This document shows positions 42,008 to 54,441 of a stretch of 64,000 nucleotides of DNA, one piece after another; within the stretch, counting starts at the first letter, position 1; each line of letters begins with the position of its first letter. Origin of the DNA: Eledone cirrhosa (Eukaryota); the NCBI GenBank assembly GCA_964016885.1, contig OZ024742.1, positions 126,976,001 to 127,040,000 on the forward strand, read 5' to 3'. The position numbers and the translations under genes were made by a program. The notes below the pieces were generated by a model that was not told the DNA's origin, did no database searches, and saw nothing but the letters and a program-made list of their open reading frames with translations.

Positions 42008-42936
42008 CTAGCAGTAAAGCCCGGCGTTGCTCGGGGTCGCTCAGTAGCTGTGTTAAAGTTACAATGTTAAGTTTCTTTCTTGGCTTAAAAACTGTAGTGT
42101 CTACTGTGCAGACTTGCATGTGGTGTTTTTGATTAATATTCCCTCAACCAACAATATGCCTTATGAAGTTAAGAAAACATAACGATAACCCGAATGTTAT
42201 AACAAAAGAGGTTCTGGGGATAGAAACTGCACTGGTTATTTATTAACAAAGATCGAAAATGTAAACACTGCAACGCAGAGAAAAACATTAGCGTAACCAA
42301 ATTATCAGTTATGTCTGTCTGCACGCCTATATCACCTCTCTGCACGACTGTCTGTCTGCACGCCTATATCACCTCTCTGCACGACTGTCTGTCTGCACGC
42401 CTATATCACCTCTCTGCACAACTATCTGTCTGCACGCCTATATCACCTCTCTGCACGACTATCTGTCTGCACGCGTATATCACCTCTCTGCACGACTGTC
42501 TGTCTGCACGACTGTCTGTCTGCACGCCTAACGACGAAATATTTGCTTGTTTTACGTAGTCTTTAAATAGACTTGTTTTCAAGTAAAAATATTGTTTTAA
42601 AATGCTTTTAAATGGAAATGAAGCAAAACGGAAGCTTCGTGTATTGTGTTAATGTCATTTTAAACGCTGAGAAAGCCAGCGTAATTTTTTACGTAAGACG
42701 CTCAATGTAAACAGAACAAAGGGAAATAACTGATAACTTACGCTCAAAAATCGATACATTATATTCGATTTCGTCACATAGGGTGGGTCAATTTGAAATA
42801 TTTTGTTTCCGATGTCTTCGCTAGGGCTCAATGTACAAGTATAGCAATTTCGGTGCAATTCCGTCAGAGATTCTAAGAGGAGATGTGTGCCAAAAATCGA
42901 TAGACAGACAGACAACCACAGTTTTATATATATAGA
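42008..42936 (-). mobile_element. Non-autonomous Helitron
   Basis: Minus strand starts A|TCTATATATATAAAA..(GTCT)n and ends with hairpin CCCGAGCAACGCCGGG (42020-42035) followed by CTAG|T: canonical 5'-TC, 3'-CTRR and AT target. Confidence 0.88.
42312..42530. repeat. 37-bp minisatellite inside the Helitron
   Basis: Unit tgtctgtctgcacgcctatatcacctctctgcacgac, about 5 copies plus partials. Confidence 0.95.
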
Positions 42937-43194
42937 TATACATATATATATATATATACATATATACATATATATATATATACATATATACATATATATA
43001 CATATATATATATATATACATATATATGTATATATATATATGTATATATGTATATATATATATATGTATATATGTATATATATATGTATATATATATATG
43101 TATATATATATATATGCATATATATATATATGTATATATATATATGTATATATATATATGTATATATATATATGTATATATATATATATGTATA

Positions 43195-43247
<53 letters not shown>

Positions 43248-43372
43248 GTATATATATATGTATATATATATATGTATATATATATGTATATATATATATA
43301 TGTATATATATATGTATATATATATATGTATATATATATGTATATATATATATGTATATATACATATATATG

Positions 43373-43455
<83 letters not shown>

Positions 43456-43470
43456 GTATATATATATATG

Positions 43471-43501
<31 letters not shown>

Positions 43502-43537
43502 GTATATATACATATATATACATATATATATATATAC

Positions 43538-43583
<46 letters not shown>

Positions 43584-43693
43584 ATTTACATATATATATA
43601 TATACATATACATATATATATTTACATATACATATATATATTTACATATATATATATATACATATATATATATACATATATATATACATATAC

Positions 43694-43742
<49 letters not shown>

Positions 43743-43767
43743 CATATATATATACATATATATATAC

Positions 43768-43868
<101 letters not shown>

Positions 43869-43931
43869 CATATATATATATACATATATATATATACGTA
43901 TATATATATACATATATATATACATATATAC

Positions 43932-43962
<31 letters not shown>

Positions 43963-43975
43963 CATATATATATAC

Positions 43976-44028
<53 letters not shown>

Positions 44029-44045
44029 TATACATATATATATAC

Positions 44046-44076
<31 letters not shown>

Positions 44077-44121
44077 CATATATATATATACATATATATA
44101 TATACATATATATATATATGC

Positions 44122-44152
<31 letters not shown>

Positions 44153-44290
44153 CATATATATATATATACACATATACATATATATATATATATATATATA
44201 CATATATATACATATATATATATATACATATATATATATACATATATATACATAATATATATATATACATATATATACATATATATATAC

Positions 44291-44321
<31 letters not shown>

Positions 44322-44338
44322 CATATATATATATATAC

Positions 44339-44369
<31 letters not shown>

Positions 44370-44570
44370 CATATATATACATATATATATATACATATAT
44401 ATATATACATATATATATATACATATATATATACATATATATATATACATATATATATACATATATGTAGGAGGTGAGTTTTATTGTAGTACAATAAAGC
44501 AATGCAGATATCGGATAAGAAGCACTCTACAGTTTGTAGGACTGGCGTATACATAATATAAGATCAAAAG

Positions 44571-45020
44571 ATGGTTAAAAACATCTTTGATGCTAACGCC
44601 AATTACTATAATAACGCACTTTCTAAAGCCAGCTATCCAGACAAAATCAAATATAGTAAAGAAACAAATTCTAGAAAAACTTACAGTAGAATAATTAATC
44701 ATGATCATTCCAATAATTTTAATAAAAGACCTAGATACAAAAACATAATCTGGTATAATGCTCCTTTCTCCATCTCTATTAACAACAATATTCCTAAATT
44801 ATTTTTTAGTGCCTTAAATAAATGCTTCCCTCCCTCACATATCTATAGTAAAATATTTAACAAACACACCATCAAATTTTCTTATTCCACATCCTCCAAT
44901 ATTTTCAACATCATCTCTAAACACAACAATAAAATACTAAATACTAAATCTCTTCCTTCCAACATTGAATTTCATAATAACAGTAATAGTACTCCCGACG
45001 TCATTGTAACCCTAGGCTAA
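44571..45020 (+). pseudogene. Penelope-like element ORF fragment (RT thumb / linker before GIY-YIG)
   Basis: 'YYNNALSKASY..KNIIWYNAPFS..FPPSHIYSKIFNKHTIKFSYS..IISKHNNKIL' resembles the recalled PLE linker (IIWFNPPYS..KIFNRNTVK.SYSC..HNKKIL); 5'-truncated, ends just before the gap. Confidence 0.78.
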
Positions 45021-45063
45021 CTTCTGTAACCCAAATACAACGTCAACACAACTTCGCTAAATG

Positions 45064-45263
45064 NNNNNNNNNNNNNNNNNNNNNNNNNNNNNNNNNNNNN
45101 NNNNNNNNNNNNNNNNNNNNNNNNNNNNNNNNNNNNNNNNNNNNNNNNNNNNNNNNNNNNNNNNNNNNNNNNNNNNNNNNNNNNNNNNNNNNNNNNNNNN
45201 NNNNNNNNNNNNNNNNNNNNNNNNNNNNNNNNNNNNNNNNNNNNNNNNNNNNNNNNNNNNNNN
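45064..45263. other. Assembly gap (200 N)
   Basis: Run of N. Confidence 1.
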
Positions 45264-45416
45264 GCCTTACCTATAAGCTTACGGCAACGCGCCCTTGGGG
45301 CCTCATTTTGTCAATATATAATTTTATTTTCTCATTGGTTTTTATTCGTTAACACTAAATCATCAAAAATTACACACACACTCGCACATATAATATATAT
45401 AGAGATAGATAGATAT

Positions 45417-48400
45417 CTTTCTTTATTTGCCACAGGGGCGTACAAAAATGGAACATTACTAGACGTGATGGCGGGGGTTTTACATAAAAATAACTTTAAC
45501 GTTAATAAATAACAATAAACTATATATAATAAAATAGCAATTGAAATCCCCAGTAGGGGGGAACGTTACTGCAGGGTTGTTTTACACCCCGTGGATAGAA
45601 CACCTACAGGTTTATATACAGAGAAGGCCCATTCACTCGAGCCATTTTTGCCACATTCACCCACCTTTCAGAGAATTTGCTGGGGTGTAGCACCTCTCTC
45701 TCCACTCTCACATTCCTTCTGAAGTGGTATTTAAAGAAGAGGATAAGTTGTTGTCCGGAGAGAAAGGTGTTTGCCCTCCTTTAACCTCGTCCACCATATT
45801 ACCTCTTTCGCCATAGCCACCAGACAGAGGAAAACCGCCTCTCCTTCGTTCTTAAATGAAGGCGGTGAGGTGATCCTCACGATGGACTCGGCTGACAATT
45901 GGATGCGTCCCACACGTGACAGCAGCTGTTCGACATAATTCCACAGGTCGATCAACCCTGGGCACTGAACAATTGCGTGCAGAACGGTTTCGATGTCCTG
46001 CTCGCATCTTGGACAGGCCCTTTTGGCAGGATCTCTGCCAGGGCGTCCGTGCCTGTAGATTTTGTCTCGAACTGGTAGAGCTCCTCGGTAGCACTGCCAG
46101 GCCAGAGACCTCTGGAAGTTATCCATAGGCCCTGGACGGAAAGTCCTCCCGAACAGACTTGTCAGTTTGTCCTCCTCGATGCCTCGAGTTTCCTCGAGAA
46201 TGCCGTCGCACCTATCCTCCACTAATCCCCTATAGAATGTCGAAGTGGAGTCTCCGATGATTGCCATTTCCGCTTGGTAGAGGGCTGTGAGCGCTTGTAG
46301 GCACTCGGGGTGCCAGGCCCCCATTTTAGGTCTTCGCTTGACCCAGGACTGCAGCTCTGTTAGTGAGACGAGTTGTGGAAGAGCTTGTCTCACAAACGAC
46401 AGCCACACCGGTCCACCGGTCAGGAATACCTGGAGATGGCGTAGCCTCAGCGCATCATCAGCCACGGCATGCCCAGCCCTCCGTTAGAAGGGTATTGACA
46501 GCAGATGGATCTCCTCACCAATGGAGCCTGTTTATTTCAGAGGAACTTGAAGAGTAGGCGTTCCATTTTGGTAAGGTATTCGCGGAGGCAAGGCACGACT
46601 GTCAAGCAGTAGTAGATGACGGACGCTATGTAAGTGATCGCCACCTCCGCTCGACCTTTCAAGGAGATTTTGCACTCAGCCCACTTCTGGGTGAGTGCAA
46701 ACACCTTCGCCGTGACCTCGTTCTAGTTCTTGTCCACTTGGAGGTCTGGACCGAACCAGATCCCGAGCAATTTCACCGGTCCTTCTGTCTAGCGTCCAAC
46801 GACACTGTCGGAGGGAATGGGTTTGCCTCTCCATGTGCCGAGTTGCAAACCGACAGACTTGTTTGGGTTGAGTCTTGCTCCTGTCAACGTTTCGTATTCC
46901 TGTAATAGGTTGCCGATTATCCTGATTTCCGTGGTTTTCGACACCATTACGGTTATGTCGGTTATGCCGACGCTGCTTCCTGCAGTCCTGGTTCGATCGG
47001 GATGCCCTGCAACAGCTCCAACTTCCGCAGTAACTGCTCGAGAGTCAGTAGATACAGAATGGAGGAGAGAGGGCATCCCTGACGGATGGAACGCATTATT
47101 TGGAATGGCTCTGATAGGTAGCCATTCACCTTGACTGCCGAGCAGATGCTGGTGTGCATGGCAGCGATCCAGCCTCTGAAGACGGGACCGAAGCTGGCCG
47201 CCTTGAGAACTGCTTCCAAGTATTGATGGTCGACCCTATCAAATGCCTTAGACTGATATAAATTGGTCAGAGCCCCACCGAAGCCAGGTTTACACCCTAC
47301 CCTCTCTATAATGTATCGCATGAGGTGGAGGTTGTCGTGTATGGACCTGGTCGGGATTGCACACGTTCAGGCTTCCCCTACCAGGTTCTTGACAACAAGC
47401 GCCAGCCTTGCTGCTAACATCTTGGCCAAAATCTTTAACTCTGTGTTGAGCAGAGTTATGGGCCAGAAATTGCTTATCTCATCCCCCTTGTTCTTATCTT
47501 TCCTGATCAGCGTTACTACGCCTCTGCCTACAGAACTGGGAATCCTCCCGTTCTGCTTCCAGTTGCAGTAGACCGCTTCGAGGACGCCAGAGAATAAGTC
47601 TGACATGCCTATGTAAAAACTCATAGGGTAGACCATCTAAACCGGGTGATTTGCGTTTCCTGCAGAGGCCTAGGGAATCTTCTATTACGCTCGCTGTGAT
47701 CGGCCTTTCGCAGCTCTCCGCATCCGTGTTCGAGAGTCGCGGTACGCCGTCGAGGTAGGAGCTGAAGTCCATCACCTCGCTCGATGTACCGCTTTGCCAG
47801 AACAGTTGTGCAAAATGCTGCTGGAAGGCCGTGCACATCTGCTTGGATTCAAGTAGAATGCGTCCATCTTTGTCTTGCAAAGACCGAATTGTGCATTTGA
47901 TGCCACTTTTCGCCTCTGCCACTCGGGCCCAGCTAACAGCTTTGGCTCCCTCGTTTCTTATAGCACGTGTTCTACTTCTGACAATACAACCTTCGTGTTT
48001 CACGTTGAAGAACTGGTCTAGTGCCATTCTCGCCGCTAGCACGTCAGCTATACTGCCATTCCTAAGTGCCTCTTCTATTTTAGCTACCAGTTCCTTTTCA
48101 GTTTTGTTTTTTTTCTAAAGCTACTTCCTTGCTAAATGCTATCGATTCTATTCTAATTGCTCTCTTGAGAGAGCTCCACCACCTGTTGTTGACTATTGCT
48201 TCGTCAACTGGCACTTAACTAAGGTGCTAATCCGTTTACTGTAGGCCTTACGCGCCGGGAGCGATATGTTTAACTTCCAGTATCCGGGTCCCTGTCTATG
48301 TGTTCTATCAAGGTTGACTACGCAGGTGACTAATTTGTGGTCTGAATAGGCAACCACGTGCATTTGTGGACAGCTTCATGTTTCCTTATCATTATGTCTA

Positions 48401-48990
48401 ATTAAAAATCTATCTAAATACGATCTAGAAGACCCAGTGCGGTTCATCCACGTCCTCAATGGTGCACTTGGGAAGTCTAGTCGATATCTATCATTGGAAT
48501 TGGCTGATGAGATTTTTGAGGCTATTACACCCCCCTCTATTATCACAAGCTCCTACATAGTCCCAACGTGCGTCTAAGATGCCATTCCAGTCCCCCGCTA
48601 ACACTACGGAGCGAGACGTTCCAGGGAATGGCTCCAGATGCTTGAAGAACTCTGGTCGCGATGTCCCAGTCGGGGCATATACGGCCACCAGTCTGAAAGC
48701 TCCACCTTCACTACCATGCACGTCCAGGACCACCAGGCTGCCCTCCAGGTCCAAGTGAATCGTCTGTATTTTGAGATCTAAGTTTTTTCGAAACAGAACA
48801 GCAACTCCCCCTCCACCTCCTGGCTGACAGAGAGATGTGTAGATCTCAAAATCATCTAACATGGGAGTTAGCTGCTGCTTGTCGTGAATCCTGGACTCGG
48901 TGATGGCTATTACATCTATACAATGGGACCTGAGATCATTTAAAAGCTGGCCCTGTTTCCAGGACATGCCCAGGCCACGTACATTCAAAC
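45417..48990 (-). mobile_element. Tx1/L1-clade LINE, 5'-truncated at the ORF2 start, with 10-bp TSD
   Basis: AGATAGATAT at 45407-45416 and 48991-49000; AATAAA near the 3' end on the minus strand. Confidence 0.92.
45604..48990 (-). pseudogene. Disrupted ORF2: APE endonuclease, reverse transcriptase, zf-RVT
   Basis: NVRGL/ITES/VAVYAP/AGDWN (endonuclease); KSPGLDGLP, PITLLNTELKILAK, KAFDRVDH, IRQGCPLS (RT); CPRC..ETVLHAIVQC (zinc finger); several stops and frameshifts. Confidence 0.93.
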
Positions 48991-49760
48991 AGATAGATAT
49001 GTGCGTGTGTGATATTTATTCTTTATCATTAATATTAATATAAAAATAATAATTACTTTTTAGAGAAGTGCCTCAAATTTCATATAGTTTAGGGCAAGTG
49101 AAAGTCCGGCCCTGGTTTGGGACCAGGTAAAGACTCACACAGAGATGACCGGAGAACATCTCTCAGTAAGTTGAATCTGACAGGATTTAGAGTCCAGCTG
49201 ACTTCGCTTGTGTCACTATAACATTCTCAGGACTGGCATCAACATTGTACAATCTTATTTCGTCTTCTGCGCTCTGTAGGCTCGACAATGGAAGAAGTGT
49301 GTATGTGATCGTTGTATTTGCGAGAAATAGTAGAAATGTATCCCTCACCTCATTGTCTTAAAAAATGAAGAAAGGACGCATTTGAGAGGTTAGTCATAAA
49401 ACTGTCTGAAGGCAAGATGGTCACGAATGGATCTTCGCTGATCATAGGTCTGTTCAATCGTGGCTAACCTTAGACTAAACAACTTACATTTGTAGCCTTT
49501 CCAAAATAGTGATCCGTTATGCAAAATAGCAGCCAAATATCCCTCAAATCAAACCCTTCCCTCTCAAGGGAGGCAGAACAGATTATATGATGTATCCCTC
49601 GGTATATTTCCATAGCTGAAATACATTTGATTACAGATCTACTGGACCAGGGATGAAATGAAACTGGAATTGAATGGAATGGATATCCACCAGTTTCGAC
49701 GATGGGTGTTCAAGTTGTTCGATCAACGAAACAGCCTACATTCTACAAACACGTGGACTC

Positions 49761-50002
49761 CAGAGGCTTGACTAGGGAAAATAGCGCCTATGGCAAGCAG
49801 TGAAATTGCGCCCTTGCTCAATGGGCCTAATAATTTATATAAAAAGTTTAATAATCCAGCCATCATACGACCTCTCACCTATGATAATCAAAGGCAGATC
49901 ATATATCTGAAGTTTCTTTTTTCACATTCCAGCCATAGCTTGTCTGGCTTAAATAGAAAGTGCCCCTAGTCCACGTTACGGCCATACTCTAGTTACGCCG
50001 CC
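49761..50002. mobile_element. Possible MITE with degenerate CAGTGGCGTAACTAG-like TIRs
   Basis: 'cagaggcttgactagg' and 'ctagttacgccgcc'. Confidence 0.4.
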
Positions 50003-51240
50003 AAGGATGTCTTCTCTCGTCCTTGTTGTACTTATTGACTCTCGAGCCATTACTGCACAAACTGGAGACGTTGAAAGGGATCCCGCATGAACTAGGATGC
50101 AGAAGAACAGTGTCAGCTTATGCAGACGACATTACCGTAGTGGTGTCGAACGCCAAACACGTCGAGGCGATCGCACCACACTATGAGAATACGAGGTAGT
50201 GACAGGAGTAATGATCAACCAGGAAAAATCAGTAGGCCTGTAACTTGGCACCTGGAGAGGCAGGTAAATGCCGTCCAACAGCGTCGTCGGGCGCTGGACG
50301 GACGGACCGGTTAAATTGCTAGGAGTCTGGTTTGGTCCGGCCTTCCAGACGTACAAAAACGGGAAGGAGGTCACGAGCAATGTGGCTTCTCTCACCCAGA
50401 AATGGGCCGAGAGGAAGCTATCCCTGAAAGGTCGAGCGGAGGTGGCGAATGCGTACACCGCGTCCGTCATCTACTACTGCCTCACTGTTGTGCCTTGTCC
50501 TAAGCCTGCACCGGAGCGTTTGCTCTGTTTTGTGGAAGGGAGTGCTCCGATGGCCAGGTGGTTCATCTGCTGCCAACACCCGCTATGCGGAGGGCTGGGC
50601 ATGCCGTAGCTGATGATGCGCAGACACGCGCTCAGGCTACGACATCTCCACCTCTTCCTCGACAGTGATCAGGTGTGGCCGCCCTTTGCTAGACACATGT
50701 TTCCCCAGTTTGTCTCCTTGGCGGAGCTGCAGTCCTGGGTCAAGCGAAGACCGAGAAGAAATGCTTGGAGACTGGAATGTCTTTAGGCGCTTACAGCCCT
50801 CGACCAGTCGAGCAATACAATCGCTGGAAACTCCACCTTGGCGTTCATAGAGGATTAGTGGAGGGAAAAAGCAACGACGTCCTTGGAGAGACTCTAGGCG
50901 TCGACGAAAACCAACTAGCCAATCTCTTCGGGAGAACATTCGGGCCGGGGCCCATGGACAACATCCAGAAATCCCTGGCCTGGCTGTGCTACCGAGGAGC
51001 CTTGCCAGTTCGGGATAAACTTTACAGGCATGGAAGTGCCGTTAGTCGGGCCTGTCCAAGATGCGCGCAGGGCGATGAAACCGTCCTGCACGCACTCGTC
51101 CAGTGTCCGAACATTGCTGACTTGTGGGTTTATGCCGAACACCTGCTGTCGCGTGTAGAACGGATCCGGCTATCAGCTGAGTCCATCGTGAAAATTTCCC
51201 CGCCACCTTCCTTTAGCCGAGAAGGGCAGGAAGTTTTTTT
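50003..51240 (+). pseudogene. Tx1/L1-clade ORF2 fragment (RT to zf-RVT)
   Basis: AYADD at 50116, 'KWAERKLSLKGRAEVAN', 'CPRCAQGDETVLHALVQC'; homologous to and inverted relative to the 45.4-49.0 kb copy. Confidence 0.92.
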
Positions 51241-51294
51241 ATTTGATACACTCACCCCAAACGTCTATGTAAATAACCGTTAAGAGTATTAGGG

Positions 51295-51510
51295 GTGAGG
51301 GTGATGGGTTATCAAAATCGGTAGAGCATCGGACAAAATGCTTTGTAACGTTTAGTTTTGGCTTTTTACATTCGGAGTTCACATTTGGCCGAGGTCAATT
51401 TTGCTTTTCGTCCTATCAAGGTCTATAAAATAAAATACCAATAAAGTAATGAGGTCGATTTACTCAACTTCCCCTCTCCCAAAATTACTGACCTTGTGCT
51501 TATGTCCGAA
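51295..51510 (+). mobile_element. Degenerate SINE family A
   Basis: Head, core and tail recognisable. Confidence 0.7.
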
Positions 51511-51824
51511 ATATGAAGAACAATGGATGATAGAATCTAAAATAATTGTTATGTCAAATAAAAACCTTGTTCCAAAATATGTAATCCTTTGCCTATGTTA
51601 GAAATATTTATTATTAAATAGCTATATATCTTCTATTTGGGAATTTACTAACCTTCATTCCTCAAGTAACAAAATAAATTAATATTTTCATCAAAACTTT
51701 AATTTATTTCATTCTCTTTAAAATATTCACCTCTTCGGAATCAAATAGAATTACTGTGACCCTAAAATATTTAATGGAAATTGGGGTCATCCTTTTAACA
51801 GTTCGTTATTCTATTAATTAAGAC

Positions 51825-52143
51825 GATGGAATGACAGTCATTTGAATATCAGGTAGAATGCTTTGCGGTTTTCGTTTCGTCTCTGCTCTTTAGGTTCAAA
51901 TCCCACTGAGGTCAACTTTACCTTTCTTCCTTTTGATGTCTATAAAAGAAATGTACCAGTCAAATACTGGAGTCGATTCTTCCTCTATATCCCTTTCTCC
52001 CTTCCAATATGTCACTCACTCTATCCCTCTCTCGAAGAAATCTGCTGTATTCAAACCTGGAGAGATGGGTTCCGCCAGGTTTTAAAATGTCCTAGAAACA
52101 CTGTATGTCAAAGCGGACCCCCTACGACTTCCCCAGGAGTTAC
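51825..52143 (+). mobile_element. SINE family A, long-tail subfamily
   Basis: Tail 'gaagaaatctgctgta..cccctacgact..caggagtta' shared with 52776-53090 and 53116-53440. Confidence 0.75.
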
Positions 52144-52548
52144 ATATTTTATCAAGTTTTACAATCTTATGTTATAGAAATTGTTGAATAGATCAATTAG
52201 TCTCTTTTTTATGTTATTAGATTTAAAATCAATTAGTCATTTTTTTTGTATTTAGATCAGTCTTTTTATTTTTGTATTTAGATCAGTCTTTTTTGTGTTT
52301 TTAGATTTAAAATTATCGAAATTTTTCCCCAATGTTTTATAAAAGTTTTTCTTCTTTTTTCATCTTTCCGTTTTAATCCTTTAATTACGCCAAATAAAAT
52401 TGTTATTACAGTGACATTGGGCTATACATTTTTGACTCGATTTCAATTCCAAGAAAGTTTTCTGATTTCAATTTCGCTATGAATAACACTCGGGGAAAAG
52501 ATACACAGGTTATAAGAAATTCAGCTTCTTGTACATTGTAACAATTCA

Positions 52549-52730
52549 TTGGCAGTATCGGTAGAAGGTCGGACGCCATGCTTTCCAGCATAGTTACGTC
52601 CCTTTACGATCTGAGTTCAAATCCCGCCGAGGTTGACTTTGCCTTTCATCCTTACGGGGTCGATAAAATAAAGTACCAGTAATGCACTGGATAATTGCTG
52701 GCCTTGTGCCTAAAGTAGAAACAATTATTA
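52549..52730 (+). mobile_element. SINE family A (young)
   Basis: A and B boxes, core and tail. Confidence 0.93.
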
Positions 52731-52775
52731 ATCAGAAGTCTGCTTTCGATTGAAGTCCCTTATGTTTCTAATATA

Positions 52776-53090
52776 GGCGGCGAGTTGAATGATTTATAGT
52801 ATTCATTCCGGCTTTTTGCTCTCTGAGTTCAAATCTCACCGAGATCAACATTGCCTTTCATCCTTTCGAGGTCGATAAAAAAAGTACCAGTCTAGTACTG
52901 GGGTGGATTCTTCCTCTAAATCTCTTTCTCGTTTTTCTCGCTCTCACTTTCTATCTTTCTCTGGAAGAAATCTGCTGTACTTAAGCCTGATGAGGAATAG
53001 GCTCCACCAGGCATAGAATGCTCAAGAAATGGTGTATGTCAATACGACGCCCCTACGATTCTATCAGGAGTTATGGGACCATACATACAT
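52776..53090 (+). mobile_element. SINE family A, long-tail subfamily
   Basis: Ends in (CATA)n. Confidence 0.8.
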
Positions 53091-53115
53091 GATTCTAATA
53101 CGATGACGTAAGTAA

Positions 53116-53440
53116 TGTATGTATGTACCTGTAACACCTGATGGAGTCGTAGGGGCGCCGTATTAACATACAGAGTTTCTTGGGCATTTTAGACCTAGCG
53201 GAGCCCATCTCCTCTTAAGGTCTGAACACAGCCCATTTCTTCTAGAGAAAGAGGGAAAGTGATAGAAAGGAAGTGAGAAAGAGATACAGCGGGAGAATCG
53301 ACCCCAGTATTAGACAGGTACTTTTTTATCCACCTCGAAATGATGAAAGGAAAAGTTGACCTCGGCGGGAGCTAAGGGTCAGAATGAATACCACAAAGCA
53401 TTCTAGCCGACGTTCTAACAACACTGCAAATTCACTGACT
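53116..53440 (-). mobile_element. SINE family A, long-tail subfamily
   Basis: Tail-to-tail with 52776-53090. Confidence 0.8.
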
Positions 53441-53586
53441 GAAGTAAGTAATGAATGCCACTAAATCCCATAATCAATCTTCTTCGTTTGTGGCAACATT
53501 TTTAAAATAAGATTATTCATAAGGATTTAGGGTCCGTGACTTCGTTTCGATACTACGTTGTAATATATTCTGTTTTAAAACATAAT

Positions 53587-53710
53587 TGTTTCTACATTTG
53601 GCACAAGACCAGCAATTATCCCAGTGCATTACTGGTACTTTATTTTATCGACCCCGTAAGGATGAAAGGCAAAGTTAACCTCGGCGGGATTTGAACTGTT
53701 ATATACATTA
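53587..53710 (-). mobile_element. 5'-truncated SINE family A with 16-bp TSD
   Basis: TGTTTTAAAACATAAT at 53571-53586 and 53711-53726. Confidence 0.9.
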
Positions 53711-53808
53711 TGTTTTAAAACATAATGTATTTAACAGCTTTCAGTGCATTTTCGATTTCGTTTATTTTTGCCTATATGATGTGATTTATGAGGATAAGTT
53801 AATCTTTT

Positions 53809-53839
<31 letters not shown>

Positions 53840-54027
53840 GTAGATAAATCTACCAAGAGTTTACGGTAGTGTCCAATCCGTATGAAGAACTCAATGTATT
53901 CCGGATATCATAGAAAGAAGAGATGTAATGAAAATCCACTTTCGGTGAAAGATAAACGGTATACAGAGTCAAGATAAAATATTAAACAAATAATGAATAA
54001 ACAATTCCTTATATTAAACAAAAAAAG

Positions 54028-54182
54028 TTCATTATTTAACGATCGTTTCTAGGGCATATATGTGTTATAATTGGTATGCATATTCAACAGATCTATGTAC
54101 AAAATTATACAAAATTATACAAATTATCAAGATTAAATATACATACCTAACACATATATACGCCGTCTTCAGAAATAATGAA
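54028..54182 (-). ncRNA. Type I hammerhead ribozyme (mirror copy)
   Basis: Reverse complement of 54199-54353. Confidence 0.7.
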
Positions 54183-54198
54183 GTATATTTTAATATAC

Positions 54199-54353
54199 TT
54201 CATTATTTCTGAAGACGGCGTATATATGTGTTAGGTATGTATATTTAATCTTGATAATTTGTATAATTTTGTATAATTTTGTACATAGATCTGTTGAATA
54301 TGCATACCAATTATAACACATATATGCCCTAGAAACGATCGTTAAATAATGAA
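54199..54353 (+). ncRNA. Type I hammerhead ribozyme with very long stem II
   Basis: 10-bp stem I ttcattattt/aaataatgaa; CTGAAGA 54209-54215; stem II ggcgtatatatgtgtta/taacacatatatgcc plus ggtatgtatatt/aatatgcatacc; GAAAC-GATC-GTT (palindrome aacgatcgtt); imperfect closing pair at the stem II base. Confidence 0.72.
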
Positions 54354-54398
54354 CTTTTTTTGTTTAATATAAGGAATTGTTTATTCATTATTTGTTTA

Positions 54399-54441
<43 letters not shown>

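Larger units (their letters stand above)
53974..54407. repeat. Perfect palindrome, 216-bp arms, 2-nt spacer
   Basis: Centre 54190-54191; arms match base for base as read by eye. Confidence 0.93.

Noticed and set aside
42312-42530. 37-bp repeats as a CRISPR array
   Set aside because: Contiguous tandem units with no unique spacers, in a eukaryotic Helitron context.
45061-45276. ORF of X residues
   Set aside because: Assembly gap.
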